From a virus, in IMG/VR virus record IMGVR_UViG_3300045988_059318, positions 1 through 28,871 of that record: DNA of 28,871 nt; one strand, written 5' to 3'. Positions 28,799 to 28,871 of this stretch are shown here, one piece after another. The position numbers and the translations under genes are program-made. Below the pieces are notes generated by a model. The model had not been told where the DNA came from. It was given only the letters and a program-made list of their open reading frames with translations, and searched no databases. Within the stretch, counting starts at the first letter, position 1, and each line of letters starts with the position of its first letter.

Positions 28799-28871
28799 GT
28801 GTAAAGCTACTTTACAGAGGGTGTAAAGCTACTTTACAGAGGGTGTAAAGCTACTTTACAGAGGGTGTAAA
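28799..28871. repeat. 22-bp palindromic repeat array, continuing into bases 1-55
   Basis: GTGTAAAGCTACTTTACA lies at 28799-28816. Full units follow at 28817-28838 and 28839-28860, with a partial unit at 28861-28871. Confidence 0.95.

Noticed and set aside
28817-28871. The identical 55-bp ends read as genuine direct terminal repeats of the virion DNA.
   Set aside because: This cannot be told apart from an assembler overlap on a circular or permuted molecule. The overlap falls inside a tandem array, so I report it as ambiguous rather than as a DTR.

Overview
The window appears to be a complete tailed-phage genome of about 28.8 kb with siphovirus-type gene order. Bases 1-55 are identical to 28817-28871, which suggests a circular or terminally redundant contig. 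There are two convergent arms. The plus arm (112-19886) starts with an excisionase-like HTH gene, SSB and RusA. It continues through a putative small terminase, two tRNAs (Ser-GCU, Gln-UUG), TerL, a portal-MuF fusion, a Com-like zinc-ribbon mini-ORF and a prohead protease-scaffold-major capsid fusion. It ends with head-tail joining genes, major tail protein, chaperones, tape measure, Dit, Tal, a receptor-binding candidate, a signal-peptide GH25-LysM endolysin and a holin. The minus arm (28696-19983) is the early/accessory arm: replisome organizer, pentapeptide-repeat protein, DUF3310 protein, ERF annealase, YqaJ-like exonuclease, XRE-type HTH, thioredoxin-fold protein, HNH endonuclease and many small ORFs. 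No integrase, CRISPR array or transposase was seen. The most unusual signal is a cassette repeated five times in the minus arm. Each cassette has a conserved 67-70 nt promoter-like leader carrying the motif TCCGGCGTGTCG (two copies share 71 identical bp) that drives a small ORF of 64-83 aa. Four of the five are followed by a near-identical GC hairpin (GCCCCGCCC-GCAA-GGGCGGGGC) placed 23-24 nt before the next start codon; the fifth has a G12 variant. One cassette has an acr-aca-like layout: small acidic ORFs followed by an HTH gene, with a palindrome at the putative transcription start. Other points of interest are a 22-bp palindromic iteron array between two divergent, apparently leaderless promoters, and an orphan near-consensus promoter followed by a G.U hairpin and a terminator (small RNA candidate). 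There is also a possible in-frame internal start inside the protease-capsid fusion. All functional calls rest on motif recognition by eye and on gene order, because no database search was possible. The host is unknown; leaderless starts, hairpins without U-tracts and fused structural genes hint at an actinobacterial host.
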